11,442 nucleotides of DNA from Sulfurimonadaceae bacterium (GTDB lineage Bacteria; Campylobacterota; Campylobacteria; Campylobacterales; Sulfurimonadaceae): NCBI GenBank assembly GCA_041548245.1, contig JBFESZ010000070.1, forward strand, positions 1 to 11,442, read 5' to 3'. The notes beneath the pieces are model-generated. The model ran no database searches and had not been told where the DNA came from. It saw only the letters and a list, made by a program, of their open reading frames with translations. The position numbers and the translations under genes were made by a program. Positions 1 to 6,730 of the stretch are shown piece after piece. Each line of letters begins with the position of its first letter. Position 1 is the stretch's first letter.

Positions 1-2
1 AG

Positions 3-374
3 GGTAAAATGAAATATACTCAAGGTATCGTACCATTCAAATCTGAGCGTTTTGCTGATTACAACAAAGACTCTGATAACATCTGGTGGGATGGTCTTTC
101 TGGTTCATGGCAGAATGCTGTGGCTGCAGCCCATCCGGATCCAATCTCTGGTATGCACTGTTGGCACCAAAAAGTTATCCTTTCTAAAGCAGAACCGGGT
201 GACAAAATTGGTGATATTTCTGTTAACTACGAGAACAACCAAAAGATTTATCAAGCGTGGAGAGACGAACTTACTCGTCCTCTTAACACGACTAACAAAT
301 GGCGCCGTCCTCAATGGATCAAACGTCCATGGGTTCCTCTTTCTGAGAAAGCATACGCTGTTAAAATCAAATAA
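3..374 (+). CDS. Molybdopterin-dependent oxidoreductase catalytic subunit (DMSO reductase superfamily), C-terminal fragment; 5' end lies outside the window
   Basis: The frame is open from the window edge (GGT AAA ATG...), so ATG 9 is probably internal. WWDGLSGSWQNAVAAAHPDPISGMHCWHQKV resembles the N...DP(I/V)SG end of the molybdopterin-dinucleotide-binding domain. A TorD-family chaperone gene follows. The substrate cannot be assigned from this fragment. Confidence 0.75.
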   Translation, partial: GKMKYTQGIVPFKSERFADYNKDSDNIWWDGLSGSWQNAVAAAHPDPISGMHCWHQKVILSKAEPGDKIGDISVNYENNQKIYQAWRDELTRPLNTTNKWRRPQWIKRPWVPLSEKAYAVKIK

Positions 375-393
375 TCCTCTTGGATTGTTTACC

Positions 394-419
394 TTAAGAG
401 AAGAGATCTCTTCTCTTAA
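394..419 (+). terminator. Perfect 26-bp palindrome, probable terminator or mRNA-stabilising hairpin after the oxidoreductase gene
   Basis: TTAAGAGAAGAGATCTCTTCTCTTAA is its own reverse complement. It starts 20 nt after the stop codon and is followed by pyrimidine-rich CCTTCTTACTT. Confidence 0.6.
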
Positions 420-451
420 CCTTCTTACTTATCCTTTGAACTAACTCCATA

Positions 452-472
452 TTAAGCTATTTTTACTATAAT
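452..472 (+). promoter_or_regulatory. Sigma70-type promoter (-10 TATAAT) for the chaperone/polyferredoxin operon
   Basis: TATAAT at 467-472, preceded by TTAAG (452-456) and a T-tract, as in Campylobacterota housekeeping promoters. SD AGGA at 511-514 precedes ATG 524. Confidence 0.6.
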
Positions 473-523
473 CGCAGATAATAAATTGGGATAATTTTTT
501 GATTATCGATAGGAAAATATTTT

Positions 524-1141
524 ATGGAACAAACACAAGCACGTAGTAATATTTATGCACTTTTATCTCGCGTATTGCTTCAAGAACTCGATAATGAAAT
601 GTTGGACTTGATCTTACAAGATAGTGAGATCCGTCAATTTTTTCCAAGTTTGAAAGAGTGGAAGATCCTTGAGTCAGCAGATAATAAGACACTTTTAGAA
701 CAGCATTTGAATGTCGATTTTGCAAATATTTCTTTACTTCATCTCGTCCCATATGAAACTTTTTATACGCGTGAAGACCAGATGATCGAGACAGGTGGGG
801 CTAACCCGGTGACTGATATGTACCATGAGTATGACTATATTGTTGATTTTGAAAAAGCGCGTGCAGTTTCAGCTGATCATATCGGTGTTGAGTTGGAGTT
901 TATGCATTATTTGATTGAAGCCGAGATCGCTGCTGCCAATGCGCAGGATATAGATGCGGTCAAGCACCTTCAGTTTGCGCAAAAGACTTTTTTGAACAAG
1001 CACTTATTAAAATGGGCTCCGATGTACTTGATTAATGTAAAATATGAGTCTCGTACGCCAATTTATTATGACGCTGCCGAGATGTGTCTGGAATTTATTC
1101 TTGCCGATAATGAATATTTAAGTATTGAAGCGGCGGCATAG
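524..1141 (+). CDS. TorD/DmsD-family redox enzyme maturation chaperone
   Basis: 205 aa, helical. Family motifs PYETFY, SADHIGVELEFMHYL (DH motif) and FLNKHLLKW. Adjacent to a molybdoenzyme gene. Confidence 0.9.
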   Translation: MEQTQARSNIYALLSRVLLQELDNEMLDLILQDSEIRQFFPSLKEWKILESADNKTLLEQHLNVDFANISLLHLVPYETFYTREDQMIETGGANPVTDMYHEYDYIVDFEKARAVSADHIGVELEFMHYLIEAEIAAANAQDIDAVKHLQFAQKTFLNKHLLKWAPMYLINVKYESRTPIYYDAAEMCLEFILADNEYLSIEAAA

Positions 1142-1151
1142 AAGAGAGTCT

Positions 1152-2246
1152 ATGGCTGGTTTAACTTTAGATCCTGCGAAGTGTGTACGTGCTCTTGCAA
1201 AGTTTTCAGAATGTACGCATTGTGTAGATATCTGTCCGGTAGAGATTATATCTGTAGATAACCATTTACCGGCATTCAATATGTCACAGTGTGTAGGATG
1301 TGGAGGATGTGTCTCTTCATGCCCTACAGAAGCATTCAGCCTTGATGATTTCAATCAAACCAATTTCTTTTTCGAGTTCGTTCAGTCCGACGAAACTTTG
1401 CTTTCATGTAAGAAAAATGTTCCCTGCATTGCAGCACTGTCAGTAGATCATCTGACTTCATTGGCCCTGTTGAAAGAAGACCTTGTCTGTGACACCGGCC
1501 ACTGTGATGGCTGTGAGATAGCGCCTAAACTCAGACCACGATTTGAAGAGAATATTGAAGAGGCGAACTTTATATTAGAAGCAATTGAATCAACAAAGTC
1601 TATTAAAAGTGAAGATATCTGCTATGAACTTGAAAGTATAGAAGGTAATGACGATAGACGTGGGTTCTTCCGCAACCTGAGTATTGAAAATGCGGCAAAA
1701 GCCAAAGCTAATTTTGAACGGCGCGTTGAAATTGAATCTGATGAAGAACTTCGTCACGAGGTTTTCACGGAGGATATCGTACGTTTAAAACAAAAAAGTG
1801 TACCGGATAAGCGTAAGATCTTCTTCACGGCGTTGAAAAGGGCACCAAAGCCGTCTCAGTATCATATCGTTGATGCACACGAGCTTTCATTCACCAGTAT
1901 GAAAAGTTTGAATGAAGAGACCTGTACAGCCTGCCAGATGTGTTATCGTATCTGTCCTACAGCAGCATTAAGCTCTGACATGAAAAATTCAAAGATCGAT
2001 TTTGATCCGTTTTTATGTGTGAAGTGCCATCTTTGTCATGATGTGTGCGAACCTGATGCTTTGGCTTTGGGCGATACATTTGATCTTAAACAGTTTTTCG
2101 AGCCGGAAGTCAAACGTCTGGTCACTTTTACCATCAGGCGATGTCACGAGTGTGATACTTATTTTACGTACAGAGGTGGAGAGGTTATCTGTCCGCGCTG
2201 TAAAATTGAAGAAGATGAAGCAAAAGAATTATGGGGAATTAAATAA
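1152..2246 (+). CDS. Polyferredoxin (about four 4Fe-4S motifs, a central Cys-rich domain and a C-terminal CxxC...CxxC)
   Basis: Motifs C-x9-CTHCVDICP, CVGCGGCVSSCP, CTACQMCYRICP, CVKCHLCHDVC, CHEC...CPRC; 26 Cys in total. Start placed at ATG 1152 (after GAGAG, 10 nt past the chaperone stop) rather than the TTG at 1125. Confidence 0.9.
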   Translation: MAGLTLDPAKCVRALAKFSECTHCVDICPVEIISVDNHLPAFNMSQCVGCGGCVSSCPTEAFSLDDFNQTNFFFEFVQSDETLLSCKKNVPCIAALSVDHLTSLALLKEDLVCDTGHCDGCEIAPKLRPRFEENIEEANFILEAIESTKSIKSEDICYELESIEGNDDRRGFFRNLSIENAAKAKANFERRVEIESDEELRHEVFTEDIVRLKQKSVPDKRKIFFTALKRAPKPSQYHIVDAHELSFTSMKSLNEETCTACQMCYRICPTAALSSDMKNSKIDFDPFLCVKCHLCHDVCEPDALALGDTFDLKQFFEPEVKRLVTFTIRRCHECDTYFTYRGGEVICPRCKIEEDEAKELWGIK

Positions 2247-3044
2247 ATGGCTGAAAACCTAAGTGCACCGATGAACGATGCAAATGAGATTGACACGCAG
2301 TCTCTCCTGTTCGGATTCCTGGCTGAATATGCACAGCAGAACCGATTTTCAGTATCGATCAATCGTCTTTTTAAACAAAACAATAACAATGCTATGTGTA
2401 TACCGATGAATATACGTCCTGATGATATCTATTTTACGGTGGCGGGACTGAGAGAGGCCAAGCTCAACGGTGTCGCTCTTGGAAGCGAGTATGTTGAAGG
2501 TGTCCTTGAGCAGCTTAATCATCAAAGCGATGAAGTGAGTGCTTGTGGTTTTTGCGATACGATCATTGTTAAAAACAAAGAACTATATGGTGAAGTCGCA
2601 ACCGGAAGAGCTGTCTGCGCACTTTTGAAAGAGAAGGGTGTCTCGAAAGTTGCTATGCTTGGATCAGGAAAGCTGGCGAAGTCCATACTGATGCATATCC
2701 ACGAGTCTGGAATTAAAGAACTTGTTTTAATGAATGACAGAGTCGAATCATGCCTGGATCTGATGCAAACACATGCAAAAGAGCTTGAAGGTATCAGCGT
2801 GGATATAGATAGGGTGGTTGAAGGTGATGAGATCGACCTCTGTGCATGTGATGCTTTTGTCAATGCAACGCCTGTGGCATCTAAGCTAAAGAAGATCAAT
2901 AAAGATACGGTACTTATTGATTTAAAGAACAATAGCAGTCTAGCTGATTATGCTGCGGTATATGGTGCTGATTTCATCAATAATGAGAAGTATTCAAAAA
3001 TACTGGCTCAAATTAATTACAATATCTGGATAAAAGGACAATAG
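2247..3044 (+). CDS. Shikimate dehydrogenase (AroE)-fold protein, apparently non-catalytic
   Basis: Colinear with AroE by eye: CIPMNI, LNGVALG, CGFCDTI, LYGEVATG, Rossmann MLGSGKLAKS, FVNATP, LIDL and a C-terminal helix ending YNIW. Active-site residues are substituted (see findings). ATG directly follows the previous TAA. Confidence 0.75.
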   Translation: MAENLSAPMNDANEIDTQSLLFGFLAEYAQQNRFSVSINRLFKQNNNNAMCIPMNIRPDDIYFTVAGLREAKLNGVALGSEYVEGVLEQLNHQSDEVSACGFCDTIIVKNKELYGEVATGRAVCALLKEKGVSKVAMLGSGKLAKSILMHIHESGIKELVLMNDRVESCLDLMQTHAKELEGISVDIDRVVEGDEIDLCACDAFVNATPVASKLKKINKDTVLIDLKNNSSLADYAAVYGADFINNEKYSKILAQINYNIWIKGQ

Positions 3045-3047
3045 AGA

Positions 3048-3548
3048 ATGAAAGATTTTAACAACCTGGATGATTTAAAAGCAGAGTTCGACAAGTTTGT
3101 GTCAGAACGATGTATTACTGAAGAACAAAAGCAGATCGCTGCAGAGGAAGAGGACAATGAAGAGACGCCTGCCTTTGTGGATGAGTTGAGTGAAAAACTG
3201 CTTGCACCGGCTCATTCTGGCGTTTACCTTTCGCGTCTGGATATCAAACGTGTGGCAGAAGCCATTGATGAGTCTTTGCCGATTAAAGAACGCAAACGTA
3301 TGATCAAAGCACTTATGCGACATACAACGACGAAAGAGTTCTTGCGCAATGCATTTGGTGAGTTCAACAAGCATATCAATGGACGTCTGGCGATCTACCA
3401 AGAACTGGCAGAAGCATTTCCCTCTTCTAAATATATTTTCGACGAGTTTGAGGCTAAGGCTGAAAAGACTAAAAAGATGTTCGAAAGAATGATAGAGGAC
3501 TTTGAAGAGTTCAATCCGGCTGAAGATTTGGAACCAGTTCTGTTCTAA
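3048..3548 (+). CDS. Hypothetical acidic, helical cytoplasmic protein
   Basis: 166-aa ORF 3 nt after the previous stop, with AAGGA upstream. Glu/Asp/Lys-rich; no motif recognised. Confidence 0.8.
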   Translation: MKDFNNLDDLKAEFDKFVSERCITEEQKQIAAEEEDNEETPAFVDELSEKLLAPAHSGVYLSRLDIKRVAEAIDESLPIKERKRMIKALMRHTTTKEFLRNAFGEFNKHINGRLAIYQELAEAFPSSKYIFDEFEAKAEKTKKMFERMIEDFEEFNPAEDLEPVLF

Positions 3549-3558
3549 GCACATGATT

Positions 3559-3580
3559 AAGAAGGCTATCCCTTCTTTTT
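3559..3580. terminator. Hairpin between convergent transcription units, probable intrinsic terminator
   Basis: AAGAAGG-CTATC-CCTTCTT followed by TTT, 10 nt after the operon's last stop. It also spans the stop codon of the convergent microprotein gene. Confidence 0.55.
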
Positions 3581-3664
3581 CGGTAGTTTTAGTATTACAA
3601 ATGTAATTGCGGCCATAATAAGCAGAACGATTAAATTATAGCTTTCATTGTCCAGACTTTCCAT
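3566..3664 (-). CDS. 32-aa single-pass membrane microprotein MESLDNESYNLIVLLIMAAITFVILKLPKKKG (not in the ORF track)
   Basis: Translated by hand from the minus strand: ATG at 3664, TAG at 3568-3566. SD AAAAGGA lies 6 nt upstream (TAAATC spacer) and overlaps the last codons of the preceding gene. Acidic N-terminus, 15-residue hydrophobic core and Lys-rich C-terminus. Confidence 0.7.
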   Translation of the reverse strand: MESLDNESYNLIVLLIMAAITFVILKLPKKKG

Positions 3665-3667
3665 GAT

Positions 3668-3994
3668 TTATCCTTTTAAGACATCTATCACTGTTGCTAC
3701 GACTATGACCAAGGCAAGGACGGAAGCAGAGTACTCTACGCGTTTGATTTTAGTATAAAACTCTTCGAGTTTAGGATCTTGAAGGTCTGAAAACCTCTTC
3801 TTGCGGATGTAGTTCATCGCATTTTTAAAACTCTCATCACCAAACTGGATCTTCCATCGAGGCTGACCGAGACTTTTCCAAATATTTCCATGTTCTTTCT
3901 TGAGTTGAAAGAAGAAGGCGTTGGTAAAGTAGATGTGCATAGACATCAGTGTTAAAAAGAGCAGGGCAAACCCCATGATGATCAAATTTTCCAT
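3668..3994 (-). CDS. Small hypothetical membrane protein (two hydrophobic segments)
   Basis: Hydrophobic N-terminus (LIIMGFALLFLTLMSMHIYF) and C-terminus (SASVLALVIVVATVI) flank a basic soluble loop. Start placed at ATG 3994 because the ATG at 4003 overlaps the -10 box. Confidence 0.75.
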   Translation of the reverse strand: MENLIIMGFALLFLTLMSMHIYFTNAFFFQLKKEHGNIWKSLGQPRWKIQFGDESFKNAMNYIRKKRFSDLQDPKLEEFYTKIKRVEYSASVLALVIVVATVIDVLKG

Positions 3995-4001
3995 AGGTGC
4001 C

Positions 4002-4033
4002 ATTGTACAGTACTTAGTTTAAAATGTTAGAAT
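4002..4033. promoter_or_regulatory. Back-to-back divergent promoters
   Basis: Minus strand: TACAAT at 4007-4002, preceded by TAAGT. Plus strand: extended -10 TGTTAGAAT at 4025-4033 upstream of upp. Confidence 0.55.
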
Positions 4034-4069
4034 GGTTCTGTTTATTATATTATTATCGGAGAATTGCTC

Positions 4070-4693
4070 ATGATAAGAGAGATTTGTAATCCTGTGATCA
4101 AGACATTGGTATCATCATTGCGAGACACAAGGACAGATGCGCTTCGTTTTCGTCATATCGTCAAAGAGATCACGAAGATATTATTATATGAAGCATTGCA
4201 AAACTCTGTTTTTTTATCAAAACGGGTTCAGACATGGAGAGGTGAAGAACTGCACGATGTATTGGATGAATCCTCTCTCATTGTGGTGACAGTTTTACGA
4301 GCCGGGATGCCAATGCTGGAGTCCGTTATGGAAACCTTGCCGCAGGTAACGGGTGGCTTTTTAGCAATGAAACGTGATGAGACAAGGCACGAAAGCAAAC
4401 TTTATTATGACAGGTTACCTGATTGTCATGGTAAGAGAGTGGTTCTTGTTGATGTGATGTTGGCAACGGGCGGATCGTTATGTGATGCCATTGATATCAT
4501 CAAGCAAAAAGGTGCTCAAGAGATTTTGAGCCTAAATGTCATTGGCGCACCGGAAGGCTTAAAAAAGGTACAGTCACTCCATCCAGATGTCAACATCTTT
4601 ATTTCACAGATTGATGAGAAGCTTAATGATAATAAATTTATTATTCCCGGTCTTGGCGATGCAGGCGATAGGGAATATAATACAGCTGAATAA
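4070..4693 (+). CDS. upp: Uracil phosphoribosyltransferase
   Basis: Motifs LRD, VLRAGMPM, MKRDE, LYYDRLP, PRPP-binding VVLVDVMLATGGS and uracil-binding FIIPGLGDAGDR. SD GGAG at 4058-4061 fits ATG 4070. Confidence 0.95.
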   Translation: MIREICNPVIKTLVSSLRDTRTDALRFRHIVKEITKILLYEALQNSVFLSKRVQTWRGEELHDVLDESSLIVVTVLRAGMPMLESVMETLPQVTGGFLAMKRDETRHESKLYYDRLPDCHGKRVVLVDVMLATGGSLCDAIDIIKQKGAQEILSLNVIGAPEGLKKVQSLHPDVNIFISQIDEKLNDNKFIIPGLGDAGDREYNTAE

Positions 4694-4704
4694 AAAGGAG
4701 AAAC

Positions 4705-5475
4705 ATGAGATATATCACAGTTGTCCTAGTACTGACACTGCTTACACAGCTTCAAGCGGGTTGGTTGGACTTAGCGGAAGAACTGGTCAATGAAAAGGTA
4801 CCAGCAAGTGGGCAGTCTTTGGATAATATGCAAACTGATGCCTTAAAAGCCGCCTTAGAGCAGGGAATAGAGTATGCTGTCAACACTCTTGGAAAGAAGG
4901 ATGGTTATTTCAATGATGCGAAGGCGAAGATAAATTTGCCAGAGAATATCCAAAAGATGGAGGCTTTAATCCGTAAAAGTGGCGGAGATAAGATGGTTGA
5001 TGATCTTGTCGTATCAATGAACAATGCTGCGACTCAGGCTGCTCCTAAAACGACTAAAATCTTCTTCTCGGCGATAAAGAAGATGACAATATCTGATGCT
5101 CAAAAGATTCTTAAAAGCGATGAAAACGCTTTGACACAATATTTTAAAGAGCATACCAATACCGAACTTGAACAAGAGATAGAACCTATTATCAAAGAGA
5201 TGATGGATAAAAACAAGGTGAGCTATTATTATAAACAGGTCAGAGGCTATTATGATGAGAACAGCGCTTCTATCCCCTATAAAGAGAGTTTGTACAGCTT
5301 GGGAAAATCATATGGTTTGGATACGTACCTGCCGCCAAAAGACCTGGATGAGTACGTGACAAAAAAAGCGATATTAGGTCTGTTTATCAAGATAGAAGAG
5401 GAAGAGAAAAAAATCAGAGCCAACCCGTTGGTGCAAGAGTCTAAGTTAATACGCGATGTTTTCGGATCAATTTAG
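4705..5475 (+). CDS. DUF4197-like exported protein
   Basis: Signal peptide MRYITVVLVLTLLTQLQA. Family-like motifs ALKAALEQG, LGKKDGYF, SMNNAA, AIKKMTISDA, LDEYVTKKA..GLF..I..EE..IR.NP. SD AAGGAG. Confidence 0.85.
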   Translation: MRYITVVLVLTLLTQLQAGWLDLAEELVNEKVPASGQSLDNMQTDALKAALEQGIEYAVNTLGKKDGYFNDAKAKINLPENIQKMEALIRKSGGDKMVDDLVVSMNNAATQAAPKTTKIFFSAIKKMTISDAQKILKSDENALTQYFKEHTNTELEQEIEPIIKEMMDKNKVSYYYKQVRGYYDENSASIPYKESLYSLGKSYGLDTYLPPKDLDEYVTKKAILGLFIKIEEEEKKIRANPLVQESKLIRDVFGSI

Positions 5476-5496
5476 AGCTTGCATTGTAATTTTAGA

Positions 5497-5502
5497 TAGA
5501 AT
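5497..5502 (+). promoter_or_regulatory. Putative -10 box for the aldolase gene
   Basis: GATAGAAT preceded by AT-rich TTTTA, about 28 nt before ATG 5530. Confidence 0.45.
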
Positions 5503-5529
5503 ACAAAAAAAAATGATGATGGTAAAGAT

Positions 5530-6711
5530 ATGAAATCAGCTTTTGACGATAATGAAGCAAAAAAGTATAAGAGTGACCTGGCAATGCGGGTCTATACCTC
5601 CCAGCTTTTAGGAAGGGATATGGACCTTGTTCTGCATGGGGGAGGGAATACCTCGCTAAAGAGTGATAAGTATCTCTATGTCAAGGGAAGCGGGTGGAAC
5701 CTTGATACCATAGAAGAGCCTGGATTTCCTGCAGTAGATCTGGAAGTGCTCAAGGCGATGGCAAAGCTTGATCACTTAAGCGATACCGATATGGTTGCGC
5801 AGCAACGTGAAGCCCTTTTGGACAAAAGCTCACCCAACCCATCAATCGAAGCGATTCTGCATGCGATCATTCCTTTTAAATATGTCGATCATACCCACGC
5901 TGATGCGGTAGTGACTATTTCCAATACACCTGATGGTAAAAAACGCCTGGAAGAGCTCTATGGTCCTAATATGCTTATCATTGATTATGTCATGCCCGGC
6001 TTTGTTCTAGCCAAGGCAATCTATGAAGAGACAAAGAACATTAACTGGGCAAGTCTTGAGGGGATTATCTTGCTTAACCATGGCGTATTTAGTTTTGATG
6101 ACGATGCCAAAGTCTCCTATGAGAAGATGATAGCAATTGTCTCCAAGGCAGAGGCGTATCTAAAAGAGCAATCCGGTCCAAAACCATTGAGTTTTTCAAA
6201 AAGCTTTTGCAAGCTGGATGAGTCTTTTACAGATGAATTGAAAAGAGAAGTTCAGAAGCTTAGAGGATGTGAGATCGTCCTGAAGTTTGGTTCAAGCATA
6301 GAAGCTGCTAACTTTTCTAACTTTGATAATCTGGATGACATCTTTAGTAACGGTCCTTTGACACCTGAACATGTAATACGTACCAAACCTTTTCCGGCCA
6401 TGATATGTGACAGTATCAAAGATGCGTTGGACCTATTTGTTACTCGTTATACAGCGTATTTCAAAAAGCATGCGAAAGATGAGGTTATGCTGGATCTGGC
6501 ACCGCGTTATGCCATCATCAAAGGCGTCGGCTTTGTCACCTTTGGAAAAGACGAGAAGGAAGCCGGTGTCATTTTTGATATTGTTTCACATACGATCCAT
6601 GCTATGACGCTTGCTCAACAACTTGGTGGATGGAAAAGTTTAAAGCCCTCAGATATATTCGATATGGAATATTGGGAGCTGGAACAAGCTAAATTGCGTA
6701 AACAACAGTAG
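5530..6711 (+). CDS. Class II aldolase/adducin family protein (aldolase half of the RhaD/YuxG-type aldolase-SDR fusion)
   Basis: Motifs LVLHGGGNTS, VKGSGW, PSIEAILHA, metal-binding HTHAD and NHG, PEHVIRTK, and terminal EYWELEQAKL. No SDR domain follows. Confidence 0.9.
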   Translation: MKSAFDDNEAKKYKSDLAMRVYTSQLLGRDMDLVLHGGGNTSLKSDKYLYVKGSGWNLDTIEEPGFPAVDLEVLKAMAKLDHLSDTDMVAQQREALLDKSSPNPSIEAILHAIIPFKYVDHTHADAVVTISNTPDGKKRLEELYGPNMLIIDYVMPGFVLAKAIYEETKNINWASLEGIILLNHGVFSFDDDAKVSYEKMIAIVSKAEAYLKEQSGPKPLSFSKSFCKLDESFTDELKREVQKLRGCEIVLKFGSSIEAANFSNFDNLDDIFSNGPLTPEHVIRTKPFPAMICDSIKDALDLFVTRYTAYFKKHAKDEVMLDLAPRYAIIKGVGFVTFGKDEKEAGVIFDIVSHTIHAMTLAQQLGGWKSLKPSDIFDMEYWELEQAKLRKQQ

Positions 6712-6730
6712 ATCCGGTCAAGGTCATTGA

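Noticed and set aside
52-444. Alternative ORFs 52-444 (+) and 105-314 (-)
   Set aside because: They overlap the motif-bearing oxidoreductase frame and have no recognisable features.
2247-3044. Calling this gene aroE
   Set aside because: The catalytic Lys/Asp and the shikimate-binding residues are missing, so the symbol is withheld. It is not called a pseudogene because the ORF is intact.
522-3554. Shadow ORFs 522-752, 1118-1354, 2038-2262, 2159-2389, 2522-2932, 3102-3554
   Set aside because: They are antisense or out-of-frame overlaps of well-supported genes.
3594-3607. Palindrome ATTACA-AA-TGTAAT as a regulatory site
   Set aside because: It lies inside the microprotein coding sequence between convergent genes and is probably incidental.
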